Positions 37,088-46,961 of a stretch of DNA of 64,000 bases are shown here, piece by piece. This stretch comes from an uncultured Myxococcales bacterium (GTDB lineage Bacteria; Myxococcota_A; Polyangia; Palsa-1104; JAEUJZ01). Where the stretch lies: positions 46,172 through 110,171 of the forward strand of contig CAZHYV010000004.1 of NCBI GenBank assembly GCA_964537055.1. The letters are read 5' to 3'. Positions within the stretch are counted from its first letter, which is position 1. Each line of letters starts with the position of its first letter. A program made the translations under genes and the position numbers. The notes below the pieces were generated by a model. That model was not told where the DNA came from. It did not search any database and saw only the letters and a list, made by a program, of their open reading frames with translations.

Positions 37088-38344
37088 ATGCAAGCAGCCT
37101 TCTCTGCCGATTCATCATCAAAAAAGCCCTCATCCTTTAAGTTGAACCTTACCTTTTGGATTTTTGTTGCCCTCTTCATTGGAATTCTGCTGGGCCGTTT
37201 TTTCCCAAGCTTCTCCTCGTACTATCAAATGGGGAGTAAGTTGTTCGTCCGCCTGATCAAGATGATTGTGGCCCCTCTGGTCTTCTCATCGCTTGTCGTC
37301 GGCCTTTGTGGAGCGGGAAGTAAGCACGTAGGAAGGTTATTAGGAAAATCACTTCTTTGGTTCTGGGTTGCTACTGCCGTGGCCCTTGCCATTGGGTTAG
37401 GCACTGCCAACCTGCTTAAACCAGGGCAAGGAGCCGTCAAGGACCCGAAAGCCACCTATGAGGCCCCTAAAGAGCCCCCGAGGCCCTTTATTGAGCAAGT
37501 GGTTCCAGAGAGTATTGTAAATGCCCTTGCGAATAACTCTCTTTTGCAAATTGTCTTTTTCTCTCTCCTTTTTGGACTGGCCCTTGCTGCCATTGGAGAA
37601 AAAGGGAAGCCTGTGGTGGATGTCTTGCAAAGCGTAAGCGAAACCATGTTTAAGGTGACCGAGTATGTGATGTACGTGGTACCAATCGGGGTCGGAGGGG
37701 CTATGGCCTATACCGTAAGTCGTTATGGGCTTACGGTGCTTGTCAATTTAGCCAAACTGGTAGGCTCTTTGTACCTGGCTCTGTTTGTTTTTGTTCTTCT
37801 GCTCCTCATCATTGTAAAGGTCACCACTCGAGTGAGGATCATAAATATTTTGAAAGAGATCCGTGATTCTCTGCTTGTCGCATTTTCGACGGCTTCTTCG
37901 GAATCAGTACTGCCCAAAGTCATGCAATCGATGGAAAAGTTGGGCGTACCTTCTCGCATTGTCCGTCTGGTCATTCCTACTGGATATAGTTTCAACCTAG
38001 ACGGAACCACACTTTATTTATCACTGGCAGCAATCTTTATCGCCCAAGCCTCAGGAAAATCGTTCAGCCCCTGGCAGCAGATCGTGATGATGGTAAGCCT
38101 GCTCATTACGTCAAAAGGTGTAGCTGCTGTACCAAGGGCAAGCTTGGTGGTTTTGGCCTCAACCTGCTCGGACTTTGGTCTGCCGGTTGAGTGGATCGGA
38201 ACCATTCTGGGGGTAGATGCACTGATGGATATGGCGAGAACCAGCGTCAATGTGATGGGGAACTGTATGGCATCGGTAGTCGTAGGACACTGGGAAAATG
38301 CTCTGCCCAAGCACTCGCCACTTTATCAGAAAGAGGCTGCGTAA
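37088..38344 (+). CDS. sodium/proton:dicarboxylate (DctA/GltP) symporter family transporter
   Basis: Multi-TM protein with a conserved DAxMDMxRTxxNV-like block near the C-terminus. The start is trimmed to an internal Met. Confidence 0.75.
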   Translation: MQAAFSADSSSKKPSSFKLNLTFWIFVALFIGILLGRFFPSFSSYYQMGSKLFVRLIKMIVAPLVFSSLVVGLCGAGSKHVGRLLGKSLLWFWVATAVALAIGLGTANLLKPGQGAVKDPKATYEAPKEPPRPFIEQVVPESIVNALANNSLLQIVFFSLLFGLALAAIGEKGKPVVDVLQSVSETMFKVTEYVMYVVPIGVGGAMAYTVSRYGLTVLVNLAKLVGSLYLALFVFVLLLLIIVKVTTRVRIINILKEIRDSLLVAFSTASSESVLPKVMQSMEKLGVPSRIVRLVIPTGYSFNLDGTTLYLSLAAIFIAQASGKSFSPWQQIVMMVSLLITSKGVAAVPRASLVVLASTCSDFGLPVEWIGTILGVDALMDMARTSVNVMGNCMASVVVGHWENALPKHSPLYQKEAA

Positions 38345-38369
38345 GCTGAGCCTCCAAGGTAAGCTAAGG

Positions 38370-40442
38370 CTACCAAGTGTACGTCGGGCTCTTTGCGCTA
38401 TCGTTGAAAAAAACAAAGAGGCGGTTTTGTTCTCTAAAGCCTATCCACCCATGAACCAAAACGTCCTTCTGCCCATCTCCATCAAAATCACCTACCAGCG
38501 GCGGAAGACACCCTGCCTCTTCAGAAAAGCTGACTCGGCTTGTTCCCTCATCGTACCCATCGTCCTCCAAGCTAGCAAAAACGACGAGGCCGTTGCATGC
38601 GGGAACATTTTCAAGCTCCAATATATCTGGATATCCATCCTCTGTGATGTCATCGATGGCAGTCGTCCTCAGATTTTCCAACCGTACTTTGGCAGACCTT
38701 AAGGTTCGGAGATTTTTCTGCTCATCAAGGGCAAGAATATTGGCCCGATAAGATAATAGTGTAGAAGAAAAGCCACTTTTTTCCCAGGAAAGTTGGTTTA
38801 AATCGATCGCAAAAAGGGCGGGTTTCGCCTGATGCATATAGGATTTCACAACAAACCCGTCGAATACACCTCCTGCGTCCTTAGGCTGATAGTCCACAGT
38901 CGAGAATTGAAACCCTCCACGCTCTTGCCCTAAGACGAGTTTTACAGCTGCCCGCGATTGAAAGATCAGATCTTCCTGCCCATCTTGGTTGATGTCTAAT
39001 ACATCCACGAATTCGCTATCTTTCAGGAAGCCGCTTTTATCATCCCCTAGCAGGGTGAGAGGACTAAACTCTCCAGGTGTCTTGGTACCCCACATGACGC
39101 CCCATTGTGGACGTGAAAGAAAACCTGAAAGAACAAAGAATAGATCCCTTTGACCGTCATGGTTAATATCCAATACTTTGGTAGCAGAAACAGGCTGTGG
39201 AAAGGGATAATTCGGAATTTTTATTTTGGTAACTCCCATCAAGCTACTCGTTAACAGAAGAATGTACATCTCCTCTTTATCATCACTTTTCGTGCGCACG
39301 AGCAGATCAAGATAACGATCACTGTTGGCATTCATTGGAACCAGTTCAACAATAGGATCTGCCATCGAAAGAATAGCGCTTTTCTTAAGCTTCCGATCTG
39401 CATCTCCCCAAAAGATCTGAAGTTGCTTCTCTCCAACAACAATAGCATCACTTTTTCCATCTTGGTCGATATCCTTCACAAGTACTTGGGAAATCCGTTG
39501 AAAGTCGGGGGTTAAAGTGAGTGGTTCTTTTGCGAGAGTGACTGTCTTTCTTAGGAGGGGATAGCTTAGATTTTCAATTGATGGGAAATGTTTCAAATAA
39601 TAAGAAGGATATTCACGATCCTCTTTCATCTTCGAGAGAAGAGGTGGAAGGGAATAGATTGAGTAAAATTTACTCTCCATTGCTCCAGCAATAGATGCTA
39701 CTTCATCTCTTTTAAAATACGTTTGGTTTTCGCGACGGTTCCCCTGCATAAAGCCCCATAGGAGTCCAATTTCCCAACCACAAGGACCATCCATACCGAC
39801 ATCTGCCCTTGGAAGGAAGGGAGTGAACTCTGGTAAATAGACCTGGTGCTGACCTGTCTCACTATGTCTGGCTTCATGAAGCAGAAGCGTAGCCATCTCA
39901 ACCGCATCCCCTCGCTCCTCTCTTAACCTCATCTCCTCATTCTTATTGAGAATTTCCGCTGGAATAAGCTCCTCTCGGTTCTCACAAATATGGATCGCCT
40001 CCGGGGTATAGTAAGACGTATTGGTAAGAGAGTTGCATCCGTACCGTATCTCTAATGATGCGTTCAGAATATAATTGAACATTTCTTGGTTCAGATTCTT
40101 ATCTGGGTCCCGAACAAATCGTTCATAAAAATCAAACATCCCGGCTTCTTTTATGGTACCAAGCCCAAACATTTTTTTATCTTTGGGAAAAGCAAGGGGG
40201 CTCGTGAGTAAAAGGTGAAGCGCTCTGATTATATCTTGCTTCTCTTTTGGATGAGCTTCAAAAGAAGCTACATCGATCGGCGCCATCCGTGTGATTACCT
40301 CATCGCAACCGTGAGTCAACTCCCCCTGACAAGTCCCAGTTGCGGTAATTTCACTATAAAAATCCTTCTGGCAGGCCACAAACAGGAAACTGCTGAATAT
40401 TGAAAAAATCCACAAATCGTATTTGTTCAATAACATGATCAT
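38370..40442 (-). CDS. lipoprotein with an N-terminal Cys-rich domain bearing HEARHSETGQH (HExxHxxxxxH, metzincin-like spacing) and C-terminal FG-GAP repeats
   Basis: ATG at 40442 (the ORF-track start is TTG). Lipobox FVAC. FG-GAP-like DIDQDGKSD, DINHDGQRD, DINQDGQED, DITEDGYPD, DFDGDGQKD. C-terminus SPTYTW. Confidence 0.7.
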   Translation of the reverse strand: MIMLLNKYDLWIFSIFSSFLFVACQKDFYSEITATGTCQGELTHGCDEVITRMAPIDVASFEAHPKEKQDIIRALHLLLTSPLAFPKDKKMFGLGTIKEAGMFDFYERFVRDPDKNLNQEMFNYILNASLEIRYGCNSLTNTSYYTPEAIHICENREELIPAEILNKNEEMRLREERGDAVEMATLLLHEARHSETGQHQVYLPEFTPFLPRADVGMDGPCGWEIGLLWGFMQGNRRENQTYFKRDEVASIAGAMESKFYSIYSLPPLLSKMKEDREYPSYYLKHFPSIENLSYPLLRKTVTLAKEPLTLTPDFQRISQVLVKDIDQDGKSDAIVVGEKQLQIFWGDADRKLKKSAILSMADPIVELVPMNANSDRYLDLLVRTKSDDKEEMYILLLTSSLMGVTKIKIPNYPFPQPVSATKVLDINHDGQRDLFFVLSGFLSRPQWGVMWGTKTPGEFSPLTLLGDDKSGFLKDSEFVDVLDINQDGQEDLIFQSRAAVKLVLGQERGGFQFSTVDYQPKDAGGVFDGFVVKSYMHQAKPALFAIDLNQLSWEKSGFSSTLLSYRANILALDEQKNLRTLRSAKVRLENLRTTAIDDITEDGYPDILELENVPACNGLVVFASLEDDGYDEGTSRVSFSEEAGCLPPLVGDFDGDGQKDVLVHGWIGFREQNRLFVFFNDSAKSPTYTW

Positions 40443-40480
40443 AAAATCCCCCACAGGCTTGCTCGCCTCCAAAGGGATCT

Positions 40481-41329
40481 TTAAAATAAAAATCCCGTTG
40501 TCAATCCTACAAAAATTCCTTCAAGCAATGTCTTGTTCCCTGTATTGTAAAGAATGTGATACCGAGCATCACCTTGCAAATAGAAAAACATAGGTTTACT
40601 TACGGGTAATTTTGGAGCAAACCTTAGTCCAAATTCAAACCAAGACTCAGAAAGAAGACTCCCAAAACTCCCCGGCGCATCCGGTCTTCCATCTCCACTT
40701 TTGCCAACGGATACATCTGATGACAGCTCTGCAAAAAGGCTGAAGGATATTTTTTGATTTCCCATCTTGACGTCGCATCCAGGCGCGAGACCAAGCAGAT
40801 GGATTCCTGTAAAGGGCTCAGACGTCCCAAATGCCCTCCAGCTTTTTACCCCTACTGCTTGTCCCCGAATGCCACAGCCTCCCTCTGCCCATTGATTCTT
40901 GCGGCGGAATTCTACCTTGCCATGACCTAGAGACACAACGACCAGAGATTCTGTGTCCATCCGCTTTGGGTTCCGGAAATAACGAATCACTCCCCCTCCC
41001 CAGGATAGCCACTCTTTCGCCTGAAATCGAACTATCGTGGTTTCAACACTTGCGTAAGGGATGTAGTGTTCATAATCGTTTGGACCAAACGCCAGTCGAA
41101 CCTTTGTTTCGGCAGCATGGCACTGAAACTTGCCACATAGCTTGGGAAAATCAAACGCCGCCCCAAACTGGGCATCCAGCAAAAATCCTAACTGGGTTCG
41201 TTGAGGAATCACCAAGAGCCCTACCCCTACCTTGGTTTGCTCCCAGGTAGCTGCGTGTGTAGGAGAAGACTGCATACACATTATGATCACTAAGCAGGTT
41301 GAAAATAGGCAGACAGAAATTTTCCTCAC
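40481..41329 (-). CDS. predicted outer-membrane beta-barrel protein
   Basis: Signal peptide ending AHA-A. C-terminus ...GLTTGFLF with a terminal Phe and alternating hydrophobics. Confidence 0.5.
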   Translation of the reverse strand: MRKISVCLFSTCLVIIMCMQSSPTHAATWEQTKVGVGLLVIPQRTQLGFLLDAQFGAAFDFPKLCGKFQCHAAETKVRLAFGPNDYEHYIPYASVETTIVRFQAKEWLSWGGGVIRYFRNPKRMDTESLVVVSLGHGKVEFRRKNQWAEGGCGIRGQAVGVKSWRAFGTSEPFTGIHLLGLAPGCDVKMGNQKISFSLFAELSSDVSVGKSGDGRPDAPGSFGSLLSESWFEFGLRFAPKLPVSKPMFFYLQGDARYHILYNTGNKTLLEGIFVGLTTGFLF

Positions 41330-41428
41330 AGGTCTTTTATAGCATGATTCCCGTCTTTGATTAAAAGAAAATTTTTCAAGGCTACAGCATACCTACGTGG
41401 CTGATCCTTCTCACAGCTTGGCTGTTGC

Positions 41429-43462
41429 TCACCAAGTATACGAAGGGCTCTCTTTCCCCTCATGGAAAAAAATAAAGACCTGCTTCTTACTGGTGAGAAC
41501 GGCAATATCTTTATACCCATCCCCATTAAAATCTCCCACGATAGGAGAAGCCGAAAGGAAGGTGTTCTCCGAGCTTTCTGCATTAAGCAGAGGAATATTT
41601 TTATCAAGATACCCCTCTCCATTCATGCTTGTAAAAATTTTTATTTGAACTCCATTATACGTCCTCTGAGAAGATAAAATCTCGGGATACCCATCTCCTG
41701 TAAAGTCGTCAACGGCAAAGTTTATATTTTTGCCAGGATTCTCGCCTGATGTCTGTGAATACAAGGTGGATTTTTTCATAGGCTCCTGGGAGATAGGAAC
41801 CGGAAGCGCGTTCATGGTTTGGATGAAAAAGGGCCCCTTCTTACCTGCTAGTTCTGTTACTGCACTTTCGTTGATAGAGATAAGAGGATATTTTTGGCCT
41901 TGGCCTAAGTAGAAAAGAAAGAACGCTCTTGCCTCTGTGGAGTCTTGAGAGAAGGGATCTATCTTCTGGAAGTGAAATTTCTGCCCCGAGGCACCGAGCC
42001 CTAGGATCACACTGGTTTGTGAGCAAAAAATAAGATCCTCATAACCATCTTGGTTGATATCACTTAGGGTATGAAGCACACTGTCCTGAAGTAGATCCTC
42101 TGCATCCCACCCCCATAAAGTGAGAGGATGAAATTCTCGAGGGTTTTGAGATCCTAAACGCACACCCCAGCTCCGATCCGAAAAGTAATAGAACAGATCT
42201 TTCTGTCCGTCTCTATTAAGGTCGGCAATCTTTACAGAGAGGATAGACGGCCGCTCCACGTCAGCGGCAACTTCTATAAGGTCTGCCGATGATTCTTTCC
42301 CCGCGATCGGAAGAAAGTACGTTTTCTCGATTGAGGTAATTACAAGACCTCGATACTGAGGATCAGCATGGTCGAGGAAGTCGACGTTTGTAATCTCTTC
42401 TTCCATTTCAATCTTCTGCCCCCCTTCCAAGGTACGATTCGTGCTGCCAAAGAGAACCTGGATTTCCTTCTCACCTACCACGACGAGATCAAGCGTTCCG
42501 TTATGATCGATGTCTTTCCCAAAGCCTTTCTCAGTTACTTTTTCTACTTCGCTTGTAAAAGATTGTGCTTTATCTGGGAATACAACCATTGATATCATTG
42601 AGGGATAATGCAGACTTTCCACAAGCGGAAAATTCCTACGGTAGTCCTGGAAGAATGTCTTTTGCGAAACAGGCGGTAGAAATACCTCGGGAGGCGCAAA
42701 AATATAACCAAATCTGGTTTGCAATCGGTCAATCAGTTTCTTCAGGGTATCCCGGTCAAAATAGGGCACCTTGGCCTGATCATTTCCATGAAAAAATCCC
42801 CATAATAGCGCAGCTTCCCAGCCAAAGGGACCATCAAGTCCCACATCTCCTCGGGGTACAAGCGGAGTCGAGGAGGGCACGTAAACTTGGTGCTGCCCTG
42901 TCTCGCTATGTCTCGCTTCATGGAAGAGCAAAGTTACTGTCATAATAAGATTTTTCTCCTGGGTCTCGTCAGAGATATTCTTTGTTTGTTGCTCGGTAAA
43001 ACAAACATGGATCGCCTCGGGCGTGTAGAAAGAAACCCCTGTCACCGAGTTACATTCATACCGAATTTCTTGGGCTGCATTAAAAATATAATTGAGGATG
43101 GCTTGGTTGATGGAAGGAGTGGGCTCTTTTACAAAGCGCTGATAAAAATCATTCATGCCTGCCTCCTGCCATGTGCCTAATCCAAAGATTTTTTTATCCT
43201 CTGGAAATGCAATCGGTGCGGTCAGAAGCAGATGAATCGCTTTCACCACTCTTTGTTCAGCCCCAGGATGGTCTACAAAGGATTCCAGATCAAGAGGTGC
43301 ATTCGAAACAATCGCCTGGTAACAATCCTCGGTAAGTTCTCGTCCACAAGTCCCCGCTTCAACAATGTTTGTATAATAGTCTTTCTTACAAGAACTGAGG
43401 CCATAGCTCATAGAAAAAAGTCCTAGAGACAAGAGAATCTTGATGGGGAAAGATTTTATCAT
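41429..43462 (-). CDS. lipoprotein paralogue of 38370..40442 (HEARHSETGQH motif + FG-GAP repeats)
   Basis: Lipobox LSSC. The same conserved blocks are present (GTCxxELTxxC, RYxCNS, TLLxHEARHSETGQHQVY), and the C-terminus is SPSYTW. Confidence 0.7.
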   Translation of the reverse strand: MIKSFPIKILLSLGLFSMSYGLSSCKKDYYTNIVEAGTCGRELTEDCYQAIVSNAPLDLESFVDHPGAEQRVVKAIHLLLTAPIAFPEDKKIFGLGTWQEAGMNDFYQRFVKEPTPSINQAILNYIFNAAQEIRYECNSVTGVSFYTPEAIHVCFTEQQTKNISDETQEKNLIMTVTLLFHEARHSETGQHQVYVPSSTPLVPRGDVGLDGPFGWEAALLWGFFHGNDQAKVPYFDRDTLKKLIDRLQTRFGYIFAPPEVFLPPVSQKTFFQDYRRNFPLVESLHYPSMISMVVFPDKAQSFTSEVEKVTEKGFGKDIDHNGTLDLVVVGEKEIQVLFGSTNRTLEGGQKIEMEEEITNVDFLDHADPQYRGLVITSIEKTYFLPIAGKESSADLIEVAADVERPSILSVKIADLNRDGQKDLFYYFSDRSWGVRLGSQNPREFHPLTLWGWDAEDLLQDSVLHTLSDINQDGYEDLIFCSQTSVILGLGASGQKFHFQKIDPFSQDSTEARAFFLFYLGQGQKYPLISINESAVTELAGKKGPFFIQTMNALPVPISQEPMKKSTLYSQTSGENPGKNINFAVDDFTGDGYPEILSSQRTYNGVQIKIFTSMNGEGYLDKNIPLLNAESSENTFLSASPIVGDFNGDGYKDIAVLTSKKQVFIFFHEGKESPSYTW

Positions 43463-43636
43463 AGGTCCTCACACAGCGATGTAGTCTTAGATAGAAGGCA
43501 GCGGCTTTATTGTACACCAAATCGCTTAGAATTTTCTATGAAAAGAAGGTTTTCCGGGGAAAGGATGGGCGGGAAACAAAGCACTCCCAAAATTCGATTG
43601 AATTCTCCCACGAATCCGCTATTCTCTTAGCCACGT

Positions 43637-45442
43637 ATGTCCTCGGATTCCCGTTTTATCCGCAACTTTTCGATTATTGCGCACATCGATCATGGCAAAT
43701 CCACCTTGGCAGATCGTCTTTTAGAGGCGACAGGAGCCATCACTGCACGTGAAAAACAAGACCAATTCCTTGATAAAATGGATTTAGAACGAGAACGAGG
43801 GATTACTATCAAGGCTCAAACGGTCCGTCTGAACTATCAGGCGAAGGATGGCCATACCTATATCTTAAATCTTATTGATACCCCAGGGCACGTAGATTTC
43901 AACTATGAGGTCAGCCGCTCCCTTGCCGCTTGTGAGGGTGCTCTGCTCGTCGTGGATGCTGCCCAAGGCGTTCAAGCACAAACGCTAGCAAACGTGTACT
44001 TGGCCCTGGATAACAACTTAGAAATTGTCCCCGTGCTGAATAAGATCGATCTGCCCACCGCAGAACCTGACCGCATCCGAAAACAGATTGAGGATGTGAT
44101 TGGACTCGATGCTTCGGATGCCATCCTAGCAAGTGCGAAAGACGGACTTGGTGTTCCAGAGACCCTAGAAGCCATTGTAAAAAGAATTCCTCCACCCAAG
44201 GGAGATCCCAATGCTCCTCTTCAGGCGCTTATTTTTGATAGCTGGTACGATACCTACCGAGGGGTCATTGTCTTAATTCGTATTAAACAAGGAACCCTCC
44301 GCAAGGGAGATAAGATTCTCTTATGGTCCACGGAAAAAACTTTTGAGGTATTAGCACTGGGTGCTTTTACTCCCCATCCCAAAGAATTAGAGCAACTCTC
44401 GATTGGTGAAGTCGGCTTTGTGGTGGCCAATATTAAAGCTGTCGCTGATACGAAGATTGGTGATACGCTTACCCATGCGGACAGACCATGTGCTGAAGCG
44501 TTGCCTGGTTTTAAAATGGTAAAGCCAATGGTTTTTGCCGGGATCTTTCCGACGGACACGGCTAAATATACTGACCTTAGAGAAGCACTTCACAAACTTC
44601 ACTTAAACGATGCATCCATTACGTTTGAACCTGAAACCTCGATGGCATTGGGGTTTGGATTCCGCTGCGGATTCTTGGGATTGCTCCATATGGAAATTAT
44701 CCAAGAACGTCTTGAACGTGAATATCACTTAGAACTCATCACCACGGCACCCACGGTAGAATACCGGGCCATTGATCGTGAAGGAAACGTGACAACCATC
44801 GATAACCCTGCCGCTTTACCTGAAGAAGGAAAAGTAGTCACGATTGAAGAGCCTGTGGTCTTGGCAACCATCCATACACCGACGGAATATGTTGGAAATT
44901 TGATCACCCTCTGTCAAGAACGCCGTGGGGTTCAGGTAGGAATGAATTATTATGGGGACAACCGGGTTGCGCTCAAGTATGAGCTTCCTTTGGCCGAAAT
45001 TGTCTTTGGTTTCTACGACAAGTTAAAATCGCTCTCGAGAGGCTATGGCTCGCTGGACTACGAGCTCCTCACCTACCGCGAGGCCGATCTGGTTCGGCTT
45101 GACCTTTTGGTCAATGGCGACCGGGTCGATACGCTCTCTTGCATCACCCATCGAGAGAAAGCCTTCTACCAAGGACGAGAGCTTTGTAATAAAATGAAGG
45201 ACCTCATTCCCCAGCAACAGTTTGAGGTGGCGATTCAAGCCGCCATTGGGAGCCGAATTATTGCAAGAAGTACGGTGAAAGCACTTCGCAAGAACGTAAC
45301 GGCCAAATGCTATGGGGGGGATATCACCCGGAAACGCAAACTGCTCGAGCGCCAGAAAGAAGGAAAGAAGCGGATGAAACAGGTAGGCAGCGTCGAAATT
45401 CCTCAAGAGGCATTCCTAGCGATCCTGAAGGTCGAAGGCTAA
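43637..45442 (+). CDS. lepA: elongation factor 4 (LepA)
   Basis: G-domain [18 protein letters not shown]. Full length of 601 aa. Confidence 0.9.
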   Translation: MSSDSRFIRNFSIIAHIDHGKSTLADRLLEATGAITAREKQDQFLDKMDLERERGITIKAQTVRLNYQAKDGHTYILNLIDTPGHVDFNYEVSRSLAACEGALLVVDAAQGVQAQTLANVYLALDNNLEIVPVLNKIDLPTAEPDRIRKQIEDVIGLDASDAILASAKDGLGVPETLEAIVKRIPPPKGDPNAPLQALIFDSWYDTYRGVIVLIRIKQGTLRKGDKILLWSTEKTFEVLALGAFTPHPKELEQLSIGEVGFVVANIKAVADTKIGDTLTHADRPCAEALPGFKMVKPMVFAGIFPTDTAKYTDLREALHKLHLNDASITFEPETSMALGFGFRCGFLGLLHMEIIQERLEREYHLELITTAPTVEYRAIDREGNVTTIDNPAALPEEGKVVTIEEPVVLATIHTPTEYVGNLITLCQERRGVQVGMNYYGDNRVALKYELPLAEIVFGFYDKLKSLSRGYGSLDYELLTYREADLVRLDLLVNGDRVDTLSCITHREKAFYQGRELCNKMKDLIPQQQFEVAIQAAIGSRIIARSTVKALRKNVTAKCYGGDITRKRKLLERQKEGKKRMKQVGSVEIPQEAFLAILKVEG

Positions 45443-45497
45443 GTTCCTCTTCTCTCAAGGAGCTTTCATACAGATATTTCTTCTCAGGGAGGTACTT

Positions 45498-46481
45498 ATG
45501 TTGGTAGAACCAAGCGTCCCCTACCCCGGTCAGCACTGCGAGACCACTGCGACAGGAACTCTTTTGCTTCAGCATGGCATTTGTCTGTCAGAACCTATGC
45601 TGTTTGGCCTTGGGGAAGGCTTAAGCTTTATCTTCTGGAACATGAAGTCAATGGAATTTCCCTTTATTGGAGGTCGAACTAAACCAGATCTCCTCACCCA
45701 GAATATAGCAGCTCGTTTGGAGTTTTCTTTAGAAGTGCACGAGACTGCCTCTACAAGGAAGGCATGGGAACATGTGAAAGCAAACCTAGACCAAAACCGT
45801 TTGGTTGGCCTTAAGCTAGACAGTTTTTATCTTGAGTATTTCACAAAGCCTTTTCATTTTGCGGGACACTACGTTACGATGTATGGTTATGATGAATCGT
45901 TTGCTTATTTGGTCGATACAAAGCAGCAAGGAGGCAAGGTCACAACGTCTTTACAAAGTTTAGAACATGCCCGAAACGCAAAAGGGCCCATGTCTTCAAA
46001 GAATCTTTCGTATACTCTCACCCCTACAGGAAAACCATGGGATCTTGCACAGGCCGTTCGGACAGCCCTTCGTAACAATGCAAACACCTATCTGTCACCA
46101 CCGATCACCAATATAAGTTATCTAGGGATCGCGAAGATTGCGGCCTACCTTCCCACGTGGTTTGCAAAGAGTCCAAATCGATCAAAGGAATTTTGCACAA
46201 CGGCCATGCTGATGGAAAAAGCTGGAACAGGCGGTGCCTTGTTTCGCAACCTTTACCGAGACTTTCTTGAAGAAAGCCAAACGCTGCTTGGAGGAGCCTC
46301 TTTAAAGCAAGCTCATGCTTTATTTAGCGAAGCTGCTACGCAATGGACCGAGGTAGCGCACCTTTTGGAACAAGCAGGAAAAACGGAGCAGGTTCGGCAC
46401 GTGCAAAAAGCTGCAGGACTCCTTATCTCTATTTCGAAAACTGAGCACACCGCTATGAAGCTTGTCCAAGAAGCTTCTTGA
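45498..46481 (+). CDS. BtrH-N/DUF4872-like protein (papain-like Cys fold, HCE motif)
   Basis: YPGQHCETTATGTLL near the N-terminus, typical of BtrH_N family members. Confidence 0.5.
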   Translation: MLVEPSVPYPGQHCETTATGTLLLQHGICLSEPMLFGLGEGLSFIFWNMKSMEFPFIGGRTKPDLLTQNIAARLEFSLEVHETASTRKAWEHVKANLDQNRLVGLKLDSFYLEYFTKPFHFAGHYVTMYGYDESFAYLVDTKQQGGKVTTSLQSLEHARNAKGPMSSKNLSYTLTPTGKPWDLAQAVRTALRNNANTYLSPPITNISYLGIAKIAAYLPTWFAKSPNRSKEFCTTAMLMEKAGTGGALFRNLYRDFLEESQTLLGGASLKQAHALFSEAATQWTEVAHLLEQAGKTEQVRHVQKAAGLLISISKTEHTAMKLVQEAS

Positions 46482-46510
46482 ACCTTGTTTCTTTTTATAG
46501 TAGGCAAGTA

Positions 46511-46885
46511 ATGATGAAGACTTTTGGCAAAGCTCTCTTGTTTGGATTCCTTCTTTGGTTATGTATTTTCATGACTGCGTTTCTTATGTACTCAGTCCGT
46601 AAAAGCGATCCCATCTTCTTTGAAACCCTAATGACTCTCACCATTACGTTCTTTTCCGTGACAGCTTCCGTACTTTTCTTTCGGAAGACTCCTGTTTCCG
46701 TAGCGTATGGACTTTTGCTCGGCTTGCTCTGGGCTCTCATGAACGTACTCATCGACCTCCCTGCGTTTCTCTGGGGCCCCATGAAAATGCCCGTTCTGCG
46801 TTACATGCAAGACATTGGACTAACCTATCTCGCAATTCCAATGATTACCACTGGGTTTGGTTTTTTCACCTCCCCCAAAAAGTAA
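46511..46885 (+). CDS. small integral membrane protein (4 TM), unknown function
   Basis: Hydrophobic profile. ATG-ATG start at 46511. Confidence 0.45.
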   Translation: MMKTFGKALLFGFLLWLCIFMTAFLMYSVRKSDPIFFETLMTLTITFFSVTASVLFFRKTPVSVAYGLLLGLLWALMNVLIDLPAFLWGPMKMPVLRYMQDIGLTYLAIPMITTGFGFFTSPKK

Positions 46886-46961
46886 ACCGTTTCTTTCCTA
46901 AAGCTGCTTCTGCTTGGTTCTTCTTGAATTTTGCCCTGATTCATGAAATAAAAGAACCCAC

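Noticed and set aside
41326-41622. 98-aa ORF on the minus strand
   Set aside because: It overlaps the 3' coding region of the 41429..43462 lipoprotein in another frame and has no RBS or recognisable motifs.
43510-43752. 80-aa ORF overlapping the lepA start
   Set aside because: It is out of frame with lepA, whose N-terminus (AHIDHGKST) is canonical. This is a spurious upstream ORF.
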